Assembly (NCBI GenBank): GCA_043228905.1
Contig: JBHGNT010000009.1
Coordinates: forward strand, 2,170,001 to 2,234,000
Origin: Azolla caroliniana
Lineage: Eukaryota; Plantae; Polypodiophyta
Length of the DNA stretch: 64,000 nt
Direction: 5' to 3'
The notes below the pieces were generated by a model. That model was given only the letters and a program-made list of their open reading frames with translations, made no database searches and had not been told where the DNA came from. Shown in pieces: positions 51,861 through 64,000 of this stretch. Made by a program: the position numbers and the translations under genes. Within the stretch, counting starts at the first letter, position 1; each line of letters starts with the position of its first letter.

Positions 51861-52769
51861 GTTTTGTTTGTGATGTTCATATGGTATATGTAGTGTATGA
51901 AGGCATTTCATTTTCCATCCTAGACCTTACCTACCACTCAACAAACCCTGCATATGCATTTCTATCTATCTAACCTATCCTATCCATATCTCCTAGATTT
52001 GGGTCTACAACCCTCCATAGATAAATATAGATATAGATAGATAGATGGTTTGCTATAGACGTGTCATGGCTCGTCACAAGCTTCACGAGTTTGTGAAAAT
52101 AAATCACTTACATGTTTGCACGACAACTTTCCGAGCTTGTTACGGGAATCTCTGTGAAGGGATGCCGTTTCGACCATGAAACACACAAACACACACAAAA
52201 GATACACATTAGGAAAGAGTTTTAACAAACAAGTGCCACGTTGCCCCCACTAAACTTTGTGCACGTATTGATGATTGACTTGCTAATATTCATTGCTACC
52301 CTTAGCATTTTTCAATATCATCATAGTATACCTTGGGTAAAAACAAAATATTGGATTTACGGTACTTGGTTTTGCATACTTTTATTGTTTTGCAAAATCA
52401 TATTTCCTTGTGTATTTTGATTCTATGTTAATTAAGAATGCATATTAATGATCGGATAATTAGTTCACTAATCACAAGAATAATAACATTGGTGCTAACA
52501 TGGTGCTAAAACTAATTCAAATAGAGATGTCTTGCACTTTGGTCTCATTACACATCGTGTCATACGTATTCTTCCACTTGTTTCTTGTGTACATCAAATT
52601 AATTAAATACTCAAAATGCGGAACTTTTTTCAACCAGTCTTAAGCTTATGAGCTTTTTGTAGATTAAAAATGAAGAATTAGAAGCGTATAATAGTTCTTC
52701 TTTCTTTCTTTCATAATTTGCTTAGTGGCTCCACTTTACCTCCAAGAGCCCAACCTTGTTCAAGCTAGA

Positions 52770-54350
52770 TTTTTATTTTATTTTATTTATAAAAGATTTT
52801 CTTCAATAGTATTAAGAACAAAACGCCTGAAGGCTACAACTTGAACCTAGCTACCAAGAAGGTTACAACTTTCTTTATACACTGATATAAAATACGAGGA
52901 TGTTTACATTTGTTGATATTCAAAGAGTCCATGGAAGTCGATATTGTCATTGAGGCTCTTGAGCTACCATTGTAAACAGGGGCACCTTTTTCCATAAGTA
53001 GAGAAGCTTTTTCCTTTTCTTGATCATAGTATCTGGGGAACCCTGCATATTGTCATACTGACCGCGGACTACAGTTAGCAAGTTCTCCCATAACTCAAAC
53101 AACACATTGGAGAGATGAATGTCTACCCCATCATAAAGTCATTTACTTCGATATTTCCATAATACCCATAATGTTATTGTGGACATAGTTTTCCAAATTT
53201 GGACGGATCACACCTGCTTTCGAGGTTGCTGGAAAGGACTAACTAATATCAATCTTCCATTATGTATTGTTATTGCCACATGAACATCGTTTGCCTCATA
53301 CAACATTAAACTTGAGTGTAATACTCCCCACATCGTTGATCCCCATGATAATAAGCAACCTACATTTATTGTTAGGAATAAAGACACGACTTTCTTCCAT
53401 ACTTGTTGAGCAAAAGAACAAGACCATAAGACATGCTTGGTAGTCTCTTGAGGTTCATGGCAAATGGCTCATTGCCGCAAATTGGGTGTCACATTCCCTT
53501 TCAATGCATGACCAACTGGTAGAGCCATATGCACTAATAACCATCGAAAGAGAATAAATTTAGTTGGCCCCTTGAATGACCATATCCATTTCCAATAGGT
53601 TCTCAAATGCAAAGTGGAAACACCCCAATTGGTCCAATGTTTTTGAGCCGTTGGTATCTTTCCATTATGAGAGAGCAGTAATGATCTTCCAAGTTTTACT
53701 GAGTACTGAAAAAAGGGGACCTTTACGATCTTTTTCCCCAAGGAGTGTGACCAAAGCCAACCCCCTGGATCCCATGTTAATCTTGCAACAGGATCTTTTG
53801 AATATAACCACATGATATCACACATATGAGCAATTGATGGATAAGGATCAAGGATCCATTTCTTTCCGGTTTTAGCAACCACTCTAACTGGTGCACTTTG
53901 TAAGTCCTGTAGATAATTGCAATCAACGGTATAAGATTGCAATCTATTGTTGTCTAGGACCTGAAAATAAGACACGCGCCCATTAGGTGAAACACCCTTA
54001 ACAACCATCAATCTATCATTTGCGAAGCATCCAAACCATAGATGTTCCTGCCTTGGTTGGAAGGTTGTTAAAAATGAAGAATATGTTATTGATAAGGTAG
54101 CTGTCATTATCTTGGCACCATGAACTGATTGTAGATGTACAAGTCGATCTTCTTGTGACATTCGTTGAAACCGAGTCCACGTTCTTACAGATGCAGCTAT
54201 GTTCAAGCTAGATTTAGTAGTGTTAACAAAATTATATTTCATAATATAGCCAAAGTTCCCACCCCAATTAAAATTATCAATATAAATCGTTTGAATTGGA
54301 AAAAGTTCCACCTTTCCCTCCAAGTTCCTAAAACCTTGTCAAACTTTTAA
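52770..54350 (-). mobile_element. 5'-truncated L1-type non-LTR retrotransposon (zf-RVT region)
   Basis: ORF 53469-54323 ends YWKWIWSFKGPTKFILFRWLLVHMALPV, followed by an ETTKHVLWSCSF remnant. A-rich tail on the minus strand at 52770-52790. Confidence 0.8.
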
Positions 54351-54494
54351 CATTTAGGTCCATTAGCAAATTGAAAGGTCATCCATCATGTTGGTTGGTA
54401 TCACACACATGCCTCGACATGACCATGGTTTCTATGGTTAAATCCAACGCTATACGAGTTTGTTATGCAGTTTTTCATCATTGACCAATGTGAT

Positions 54495-55050
54495 ATGGTG
54501 TCAATGCATCATTCTCTCACTAACCGAATCTTTGAAAATGTATAAACGAACAATTTATGCTTGAAATGTTAGAAAGTGATATGTTCATGACTTACATTTG
54601 GGTATAGTAGTTAAAGGTTGTTGAACAACCTAATGGGTGGTTCTTGTTCTAGTGTTTGATTCATTCTTCACATAAGTTAAGATTTTTATAAGTTTCTATT
54701 GACCAACAATATACATCAATATTTAGGTGCATTTGCAAATTGGACATGCCCCACCACAACCATTGTTTTTGTTGGTCAAGCCAATGCTACACGACGTTGT
54801 CTTGCAAATGTTCATCATTGATAAATAAACACGGTACAATGTTAACACACTATGCTCTCAATAACCTAAACGTCGGAATATATACATATACAATTCATGC
54901 TTGAAATTTCAGAAATCGATAAATTCATGACCCACATTTTGGGATAGCATTAAAAGGTTGTCGAACAACCTAATAGGTGATTGTCACCTTCAATCTAAAG
55001 GCATTCTAGTGTTTGATTGAGTCTTCATATAAGTTAAGAATTGTAAGTTT
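54495..55050. repeat. Diverged direct duplication, about 340 bp x 2
   Basis: ATGCTTGAAAT...AAAGGTTGT.GAACAACCTAAT...TTCTAGTGTTTGATT occurs twice. Confidence 0.75.
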
Positions 55051-58000
55051 CCATACACTAGCAATGTGGACACCCTTTTACACTATGTACAACTTGAGTT
55101 TAAATCATTCATTTTGTGTGAGCCATTGGCTCTTAAGATGTATGCACTATTGTTTGGTTATGTATGCATTGTTGTTTAGTAGTTAGAGAAATTCCTGCAA
55201 TTCTATTTAAATTACATACATTATGTGTTCAATGTAGGAGCTTGGATTCATAGGATTGCACTTCTAAATGCTAAAAAGCTCTTAGACCACATGCACATAA
55301 AACAAATGGAAAAGAACCATCTAAGCTAGTGTCTCAAGATCTTTTTATATAATATAGAAATGGTTTTTACCGAAGTACTACCATTAGAGGTCTCCTTGGT
55401 TTGTCCTTTGGAATGATCTTAGTTTATGGCAACGACATGGTATATGTATTTGCTTTTTTGAATGCTAGCAACATAGCAAACTTTGTACTATGATGGATTC
55501 TTGTAATAGATGTGTTATTTTTTCGACACTTATTTTGTGGGTTGATTTCTAACATCATTCCATTACCTTGGGATTAGACACCGTAATTGGCAATGGGATC
55601 ACACAACATGTAAAAGTAGCCTTATGTTAACTTCCCATAAGCAGTATGTAAAGATGTTCGTGCCAAGTGATAAGTTGTTGTATAAGTAACATTTCATATT
55701 ATGAAGGTTGTGGTGCACAACATTATGTTTGATGGGTAGTGATATTGTGAGTTTGAACAAGCCTTTGGTCACTTTAAATGATGACCTCTTCAAAACTTCC
55801 CATCCAAGGAGGAATATCTTCAATACCATACATAAAGAAATCATCCTCATATATAAACTTTTGAGAAAGACATGCCATGAAGTATTTAAAGAAGATGTAT
55901 TGATGTGTAGTAGGGCCCCCTTTTTGGCGTTAGTCCTTAACTAGTGAGAGCAACAACAATGACCTTGACTTTTTGCAAGTCACCACCTACTTCGTTTACA
56001 AATCTTAATATGTCTAGAGACTTTATGCTAAAAAAATTCAAGGCCTTTTTATCCTAAAAGTCTCAAAATTTAGCTTCTCAACCTCTCTACCCTCCCATTT
56101 CAAAATTGCAAAGGTGATTTTCAAATAAAGCAATTGCAAATGATGGAAATTACGCTCATATACAATTATGGTAATTGTTGAAAAAACAAAAAAACAAATC
56201 ACTCGTTCTAATGAATCTTAGGAAAATAAAACTTCCCCTGGTAAAAACTTAATAAGCAAATTGTCCAATAAAAAAAGAAAAGGAAAAACACAAAATGCAT
56301 AAGAAAAAAAGAAACCAAACAAATTAGGAATAATAAAATTTATGCTCGATATGGGAAAAAATCCAACATGGCCTAGGGGTTTTCTTTGTTTCCCAAGGGT
56401 CTACATGTCTTCGCAATCCTCTCTCCAACAATTAAATGGTTCCTTCCTATCTCTTTGGGGATTTGCTAGGGTTATTTGGGGAATGACAAAAACATAGTGG
56501 CATTGGAGAAAATATCAAAGACTCATTGGCACTTCATAGTTTTTTTTGTTTGTGTGCGCGCGCTGGTGTGTGGTGATGTTTGTATATGAATTATTGCTTG
56601 GTGTTAATTTGTCTATCACTTTCCATTTTTCCAATATATATCAAGACACCTCTTTAAGTGTTTGAGAGGACTTAGGAATTGACGTGAACACAAAATAGTG
56701 ACATTTCATGTTAATGTTTGGGTAGATACACCCAAAGATGCATATATAAATGAAAGGCCGATAAAATTTCCATAAGGAAAGATCATAAGTAGGAACCCAT
56801 GGAGGAGGTAAATTATTCTCTCTTTTGACAAGTGTATAATAGGAAGGAACACAATGTGTATCAATATCTTTTTTGACATTGGTAAAAGCATATGCAAGAC
56901 AATGTTAATGTAACTTCATAAACTAAGTCTCCCTAAGATTGTTATTAAACCAAGAGTTGTTCAAATGGGTAAATATTAGAAGTAGCCATAGTTGTTGATA
57001 TGGACAATATAAAAAATGTGCCCAATGAAGAAATAATACAATACTTCTTGTTTAGATTGTTAAAACCGAGAGTTGTTTAGAAAACGGTAATATGCCCAAT
57101 ATAAAAGTTAATACCAATCTTGAGAGTTTAAAGATTAACATAACTTGATAATCAACTTTGTAAAGACCATTTACGTTGAGTTAGCATTGTTCACTATACA
57201 TGGTGCAATTAACTACATATGATCCACACATATAATGGAACAATTTTCAATCTACTTTAACTTCTACCCTTTTAACAAGGGCAATGACGATATATCGGCA
57301 AAAAGACAAGGTTGGGGTCCAGATATAAAATATGCATGTCCAGTAATAATAGTGGGAATTGTCATTGATCTTTCCTCACGACCAAACCATGTCCTTTACA
57401 AGAAAGAGCAATTTTATGTATGTAAGGAAACATGAAGTCACTCATATCTATTTGACGTATTTAGAAGACAATCCCAATGACTTAGGTTGACAAAAAGTTT
57501 CTATTTATTTTATTTGATCAATTCTTGGAACAGTAAAGGTCTACTGACCTTATGTGAGCGTGTGCGCGTTTCCTTGAATATGTGTCGCAATTTTTTCTCA
57601 ACAACCTTTTCCTCATGATTTGACCTTTACGTGCTGAAGAGATGATCGCCCAATGTGATTGACTTCATTGACACTGCGTAGGCTTATGAGGCATTCTCTT
57701 GAGTCCAACATGTTATTAATGCCACTTGAGTCAAACGTGTTATTAGGGGAGGTTTAATAGCCTCTCTTAATTCAATTGGTGACACGGTTCCCCTTAGTAG
57801 TGACTTCCTATCAGCTTCATGCTCATACATGCGCCAATATGCAATTGACATGGCAATGTGTCTTATTACTGTCTTGTATTACATTGTCTATTATATTGGT
57901 TTTTTTTCACGAGCATTCTTAGTCTTAAAATCTTTTCGTAGGGTGAACCTAATGTGATGGCATACCCACTCGATGAAGTCCATTTTGTATCTTCCATATC

Positions 58001-58574
58001 TGTTATTTCTGTGCCGACATAAACAAATTTTTCGTTATAGTACTTTCTAATCGTGCATTAAGCAAATTTATTGTAGTTGTTTCTAATCACGCATTCAATT
58101 ATACTTTGGCTCTCTATATTTATGTGGGCAACTACATGCGTACCACTTCCCCTAGTCGAAGGCCATGCATTGCCACATTTTGTTGCTTGTGTACATAAGT
58201 GATGCGCTTCTCAGATTAGAAGTACATTATACGGTGATCACGACGAGTTGTGGATCGTCGTCATGGGCTAGGGCCTGTGAAGTGGATAAACAACTCGTCT
58301 TTTGCGCACATTAAAAATAAGCAGATCTATCTAGTGTCAAAGCAACAAGCAAGCACTATATCATGATACAGATATTGTGGTAGTCGATTCTAGTGTGGAA
58401 CGGATGGGGGGGAAAAAATGGTGCCCTTACTAGTCCCTCGGGTGCTCGCCAATGGCATGGACATGTCATTTGCCGTGAGGGTAACACACAAACCATTACA
58501 ATAATATGTATGCAAAGCACATGAAAGAACACCTAAAGAGAATCCTATTCCAACCGAGTGAGAATCTGGTCTCT

Positions 58575-58577
<3 letters not shown>

Positions 58578-58625
<48 letters not shown>

Positions 58626-58838
58626 GTGTGAAAGTCAAGCCAAGACTAATCGCCCCTATGGGCCCTGCCCAATCGATCATTAATGAATGTATGGATGCAT
58701 GTATGTGTATTATGTATGTATGTATGTATGAATGTATCTATATGTATGTATGTGTGTGTATGTATGAATGTATGGGTGTATGTGTGTATATGTATGCATG
58801 TATGTATAGATATTATATATATATGTATGTATGCGTAT
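58578..58838. repeat. (GA)n microsatellite and (TATG/TG)n low-complexity tract
   Basis: Seen directly. Confidence 0.85.
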
Positions 58839-58958
58839 AAGACTTTAACAGAGAGGAAGGGAGACACAGAGAAGCAGACCTTAACGTTCTTTTTCTAGTG
58901 CTGCAGTGGAGAGTGAAGAACCATCATAATAATAATAATAATAATAATCTGCGGTACT

Positions 58959-59506
58959 ATGGCCAACCCTAGCCCTAATAATCAAGATGTGAAGAATAAA
59001 GACAAGAAGCCACCAGGTACACTCAAGATTCATTCATTTGGATCGATCCATCATCGATTTCTTTCACCTCTTCTAATCACTCATATTAATGCCATTCAAT
59101 TCAACAATCGATGTATTAATAGGTTATGTAATGCCATTCAATTGAGCCTGAAACAAAAGTGTAACTCACCTTCTGAAATCATTGATCCATCCCATATTTG
59201 TATGTCCTTTCTTTCATGAATGTTATGTACTTACTGGCATTTAATCATATTGGTTGGATTTGTGGAGGTTCATCGGTCGCTAAGGAGGGGACGAAAAGTA
59301 CAACAAAGCCAAATTTACCTCAAAAAAATGTGGGCTCGTCTGGATCGAAACCAAACCCCAAGGATATGGCAAAAGCAACCACTGATATTAAAAACACTGG
59401 CGGTAGTGGGAGCACTTCGAATCCACCTAATGGCTCCAAAAAGAATGATAAGGGACGAGGCCACATACTATCTGGTTTACCTAAGAAGGGCGGTACCAAT
59501 CTTTAA
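58959..59506 (+). CDS. Putative small basic disordered protein (98 aa), unknown function; exons 58959-59016 and 59268-59506
   Basis: A phase-1 GT..AG intron joins MANPSPNNQDVKNKDKKPP in frame to GSSVAKEGTKSTTKPN...PKKGGTNL*. Both exons are K/N/P/G/S-rich. The acceptor (GAG) is weak. Confidence 0.55.
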
Positions 59507-59837
59507 TCGAACTTAGCAGGAGCTCTTGGTCACACTCCATCTTCATCAATGTCTACGCAGAAACATTTTTTATATCCTCAATTCTTTCACGGAGTCCATT
59601 TTATTCTGCTCAATTCATTCCTGTATTACGACAGGATCTCCTGTTTTTTTTGTTGTTATAAAAAAAACATCTGCAGATTTGCATAACAATTAGTGGATCC
59701 CATATATTAGAAATAAGCGTCTCAAAATAAGCTTCTCCTTGTTATGTTTGTTTGGGATGTTGATAAGGTTATAAGGTTTTCTTCAATTCTGTTTATATAT
59801 CTGTGTTTTGTTAGAAGATATACATGTATATGTACAT

Positions 59838-59868
<31 letters not shown>

Positions 59869-60618
59869 AACATACATACATACATACATTTATATTTCTG
59901 TGTTTCAGTAGAAGATATCCATATGCGTATATGTAATAATGTATATAAACATACATGTATTTGATTTATTTAGTAAGGTCATTTGATTTTTCCTGATTTT
60001 GATGGTCGTTCTTTGATGTCTTTATATGCCTAACATTTGTTGTTGTTTTTTAAATAGATACTGTTCTTCGTTTGTTTTTATATATAACATCGTTGGCAAT
60101 GCTTTACCAAAAAACTCTTCATAATCTCTGAAAACTGTCTCTACAAAATAAAAGTGGATAGATGTGGTGCAACCAAACCACTCGTCGAAAATGATAACTT
60201 TGCCCTTTAAAAGGCGATGCAAGTCCACGCCTATGTGCCAATACACAAATGATCGCCCACAATTTGCTAAGTAGAAAATGAATGCATGCGTTAGAACAAA
60301 TCATCAACATTATACACCGAAAATTCATACTTCGGACACTAATCCCTTGTTATCCCTACCAAACTAACGATGATCGCATTGTAAGGTTTAGCTCTCAATT
60401 GTGATCGAAGACTAAGTAAGTGATTCACTCCTTCAAGCTGTGCAAGGTGGCCTAAGAGCACGGTCGCAAAGTTCCATTCGCCTAGTCTACCTACTTGTGA
60501 TAGAGACCATCAAACAAAACTTAGGACCCATTAATTCTCATACTTCAATTCTACCTTAGCCCCATTATCCCCATTAAGGAAAATCCGACATAACCTTAGC
60601 CTCATTAGGGGTGAAGAA

Positions 60619-60651
<33 letters not shown>

Positions 60652-61022
60652 GCACACACACACCCAAAAAAAGAATGAGGGATATTTTTGTTTTTCCTCC
60701 GTCGAAATTCTTCTAAATTGTACCATTAATAACTAAAGAATAACAATAACAACAACAAACAAGAAGAAGAAGAATTAAACAAAGGTGATTCATTATGATC
60801 TTGACAAGTGGTTGATGATCTCCCAACCTTTCCATGTGCACTGCATGCACATGTAGAGGCAAGCATAGGATGATTATTACTACAACAAAATCCCATTGGT
60901 TATCTATATCTGTATGCTACATATATTGATAAAGTTATTCTGTATTGCAGTTGGGGTGTGGATTCTTCAAATGATCTTTTTTTTCTGTTAGTAGGAAAAA
61001 GAAAGAGGAGAGAGAATTATTA

Positions 61023-62652
61023 ATGCAGAGGAGGGTGGGATTATTAGTGAGCGCTTATTCTAATACCTGTATTATTACACAACCCAATACAAGTAGTCTT
61101 CATAATCTGGCTAAATTTAGTACTGCTCATTATCATCTTCTTAATACAAGTTATAAAGCTATCAATCCCCTAGTTAGCAATCTAATACCTTATCCTAATT
61201 ACCATCATAACTACTCGTCTTATTGGGTTGCATTAATCAGAAGAAGCAATCAGAGTTTTATTAATAGCAGAAGTATGTCTTCATCATCGTCAAAGCATTT
61301 CCCACCTCAACAACAAGAGGGGCAACCGGGTCGTGAACATGAGATGCAACCCTCGCCCGAGTTTGTCCGCCCATCCTACAAACCTTCTGATAAGCTTCTG
61401 GTAATCAATTAGCTAGTGTTAGATTCATAGTACTACTGGATTTCCGAGTATAATCGATTTATCTTCGTGATCATGCATAAGTATCAATTTTAATAATGGC
61501 ATATGATCTAATATATTAAATGAATTAATTTAGGGCAAAGTTGCTATTGTAACTGGATTTATCTTCATGATCATGCATAAGTATCAATATTAGTAATGGG
61601 AAATGATGTAACATATTATGAATTAATTTAGGGTAATGTTGTTAATTGTAACTGGATTTATCAGACTTCATGATCATGCATAAGTATCAATATTTATAAT
61701 GGCATATGATATTATGAATTAATTTAGGGAAAAGTTGCTATTGTAACTGGCGGTGACTCTGGCATAGGACGATCCATCGCATGCCACTATGCCATGGAGG
61801 GTGCCACGGTTGCCATCACATATGTGGACACGATAGAAGAGAAAGACGCATCCGAAACCTTGGACCTAATCAAGAATAAGTATAAGTGTAGCTTGGGTCA
61901 TGGCAAAGATCCGATTAAGATTGGTGTGGACCTTGGTGTGGAGGAGAATTGCCAGAGAGTAATCGAGCAAGTGATGGATGCATACGGGAAGATCGATATC
62001 ATAGTGAACAACGCAGCTGAGCAACATGTGGTCCAAATTGAGAAGATATCGTCGGAGCAACTCGAGCGCGTGTTCCGAACCAACATATTCTCTCAGTTCT
62101 TTTTAACCAAGTAACCCTATATTATTAAACCATGAAAACTTAATCCATTTGGAAGTGATTAACAAAATAAATCAAATGGGTTCTTGCCGTTTTTATATTT
62201 GTGGGTCTTAAAAACTGTCATAATGCATTCAACTTTTGACGCACATGAAGGACGGAAAGTGATTAACAAAATGAATAAATGGGCTCTTTGCTTTTCTTTT
62301 TTTCAATTGTGAGAACTTTCATAATGCATTGAACTTTTGAAGCACATGAAGGAAGGGAAGTGATTAGCAAAATAAATTAAATGGGCTCTTACCTTTCTTT
62401 TGTTTTAATTGTGAGTAAATAATGAGTGTGGGTCTTTGAAACTTTTATAATGATGATGGCAAAAAGGCATGCATTGAAGCACATGAAGGAAGGGAGTTGC
62501 ATAATCAACACCACATCGGTCAATGCCTACAAAGGAAACGCAAGCCTATTGGACTACACGGCTACGAAAGGGGCAATCGTGGCATTTACAAGGGGTCTTG
62601 CGCTCCAGTTGGTCGGCCGTGGGATCCGAGTAAATGGTACATTATCAAATAC

Positions 62653-62704
<52 letters not shown>

Positions 62705-63778
62705 ATGTATGTGTGAGCATAGCAAGTGTGGTTCTAGTGAATGTTTTTGAATATGTGGATTGGGATTTTCTTTGTTCGATTCGTGTTTGTCGGGGTTTTG
62801 AGCGAGATACATAGTAGCATAGAATGAATTACTCCGTATTCGTCAACAATGAACATATTCCCCCTTGAGGATATTCCCAAAAGGAAAAAGTCATGAAGAA
62901 TGAAAAAGAAAAAAACATGAAACATATGGTTTGTTGAATGTTTATTTGTTTTCAAATAAACAAATAAAGATAAAATAGTTAAATAAGCTGATTCAGAGTA
63001 GAAGTGCAATAAATGAAAATGTTGTGAAGATGGGGCTTGAACTCTATGATTTTATAATTAAATGATAAGGACTTATGATTAAAGCCACTGAGCTATAGCT
63101 TTTAACCAAGATTACATGCATGAATCGGATGCGATTTCTATCTATCCATATTCTAGTATTTTGTGAGGATGGAGTCAGATCATGAGGTCCACATGTTTTG
63201 ACCCCCAAGGATCACAACAACATAATTATACTACAACCTCTTTGTCACCATCAATTATTGATATATATATATATATACACACATATTAAATTGTAGGTGT
63301 GGCGCCTGGGCCGGTTTGGACGCCTCTCATCCCAGCATCTTTCCCAGAGGAGAAAGTGGAACAATTCGGGGAACAAGTGCCGATGAAGAGGGCCGCCCAG
63401 CCCTCCGAGATTGGTCCCTCGTATGTTTTCTTGGCCTCGGACGATTCATCGTACTACACCGGCCAAGTCCTCCATCCCAATGGTTTTTCTTATAAACTCT
63501 TCTTTTATAATTCTTTTCAATACTCTTCCCCACCTGGAGTAGCTTCATGGGGTGCTGCTATTTATCTAATGTTACTTTTTGTTTCTAATGTTATATTTAT
63601 TTTTGTTTCATGAGACTTGATTCTACTTAGCATTTAGTTCAATTCCTTAATATGCATCATAATATCCCATCTAGGTTTGCCCCAATAGCTGCAGGAACAC
63701 GATATTTCTATCGTTGGGCGAAAAACAATTCACGTTATGATTGTCGATAATGCAGGTGGAGTCATTGTGAATGCTTAG
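61023..63778 (+). CDS. Short-chain dehydrogenase/reductase, glucose and ribitol dehydrogenase type; exons 61023-61400, 61728-62110, 62467-62636, 63297-63482, 63756-63778
   Basis: Motifs FPPQQQEGQPGREHEM, GKVAIVTGGDSGIG, VNNAAEQ, catalytic YTATK, VAPGPVWTPLIP and GQVLHPNGGVIVNA. All introns are GT..AG and keep the frame. Confidence 0.93.
61457..61750. repeat. Tandem repeat, about 98 bp x 3, spanning the SDR intron 1/exon 2 junction
   Basis: TGATCATGCATAAGTATCAAT...ATGAATTAATTTAGGG...ATTGTAACTGG occurs three times. Confidence 0.9.
62152..62497. repeat. Tandem repeat, about 103 bp x 3, spanning the SDR intron 2/exon 3 junction
   Basis: AAGTGATTA.CAAAAT...AAATGGG.TCT...GCACATGAAGGA occurs three times. 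Confidence 0.85.
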
Positions 63779-63884
63779 GAGGAAAGGATTTTATTCAGAT
63801 TCAGACCAGACCACCAGAATTAATGGTTTTGGAACTATGGAACTAGGAAGACTATAAAAAAAAAATGTTAAATTTATGTGTGGA

Positions 63885-63918
<34 letters not shown>

Positions 63919-64000
63919 GTACATTATATGTGGGTGTGTGAAGAGGTTGTAGGAGGTGAGAACGTTCAGTTTTATGAAATGGACCGATAAATTGGCAGTT

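Overview
AT-rich nuclear DNA of a land plant. Spliceosomal introns, plant-type snRNA promoters, many microsatellites and the gene families point to a seed-free vascular plant such as a fern (inference). Six well-supported protein genes: a GH17 beta-1,3-glucanase, a CLV1/BAM-type LRR receptor kinase, an annexin, an organellar ribosomal protein bL12, an nsLTP/8-cysteine protein with a long pro-region, and a glucose/ribitol-dehydrogenase-type SDR. One small orphan gene is probable. The main non-coding feature is a cluster of about 8 U5 snRNA genes and pseudogenes at 28.5-39.2 kb, interrupted by a deleted Ty1/copia element. These U5 copies have a short (Pol III-like by angiosperm rules) USE-TATA spacing and fall into two classes by 3' hairpin. 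Also present: LINE fragments, a solo LTR with a tRNA-like A/B box, a chimeric PPR+SAC-phosphatase pseudogene, and local tandem duplications, two of which copy intron/exon junction sequence in the SDR gene. All splice sites and alignments were read by eye.
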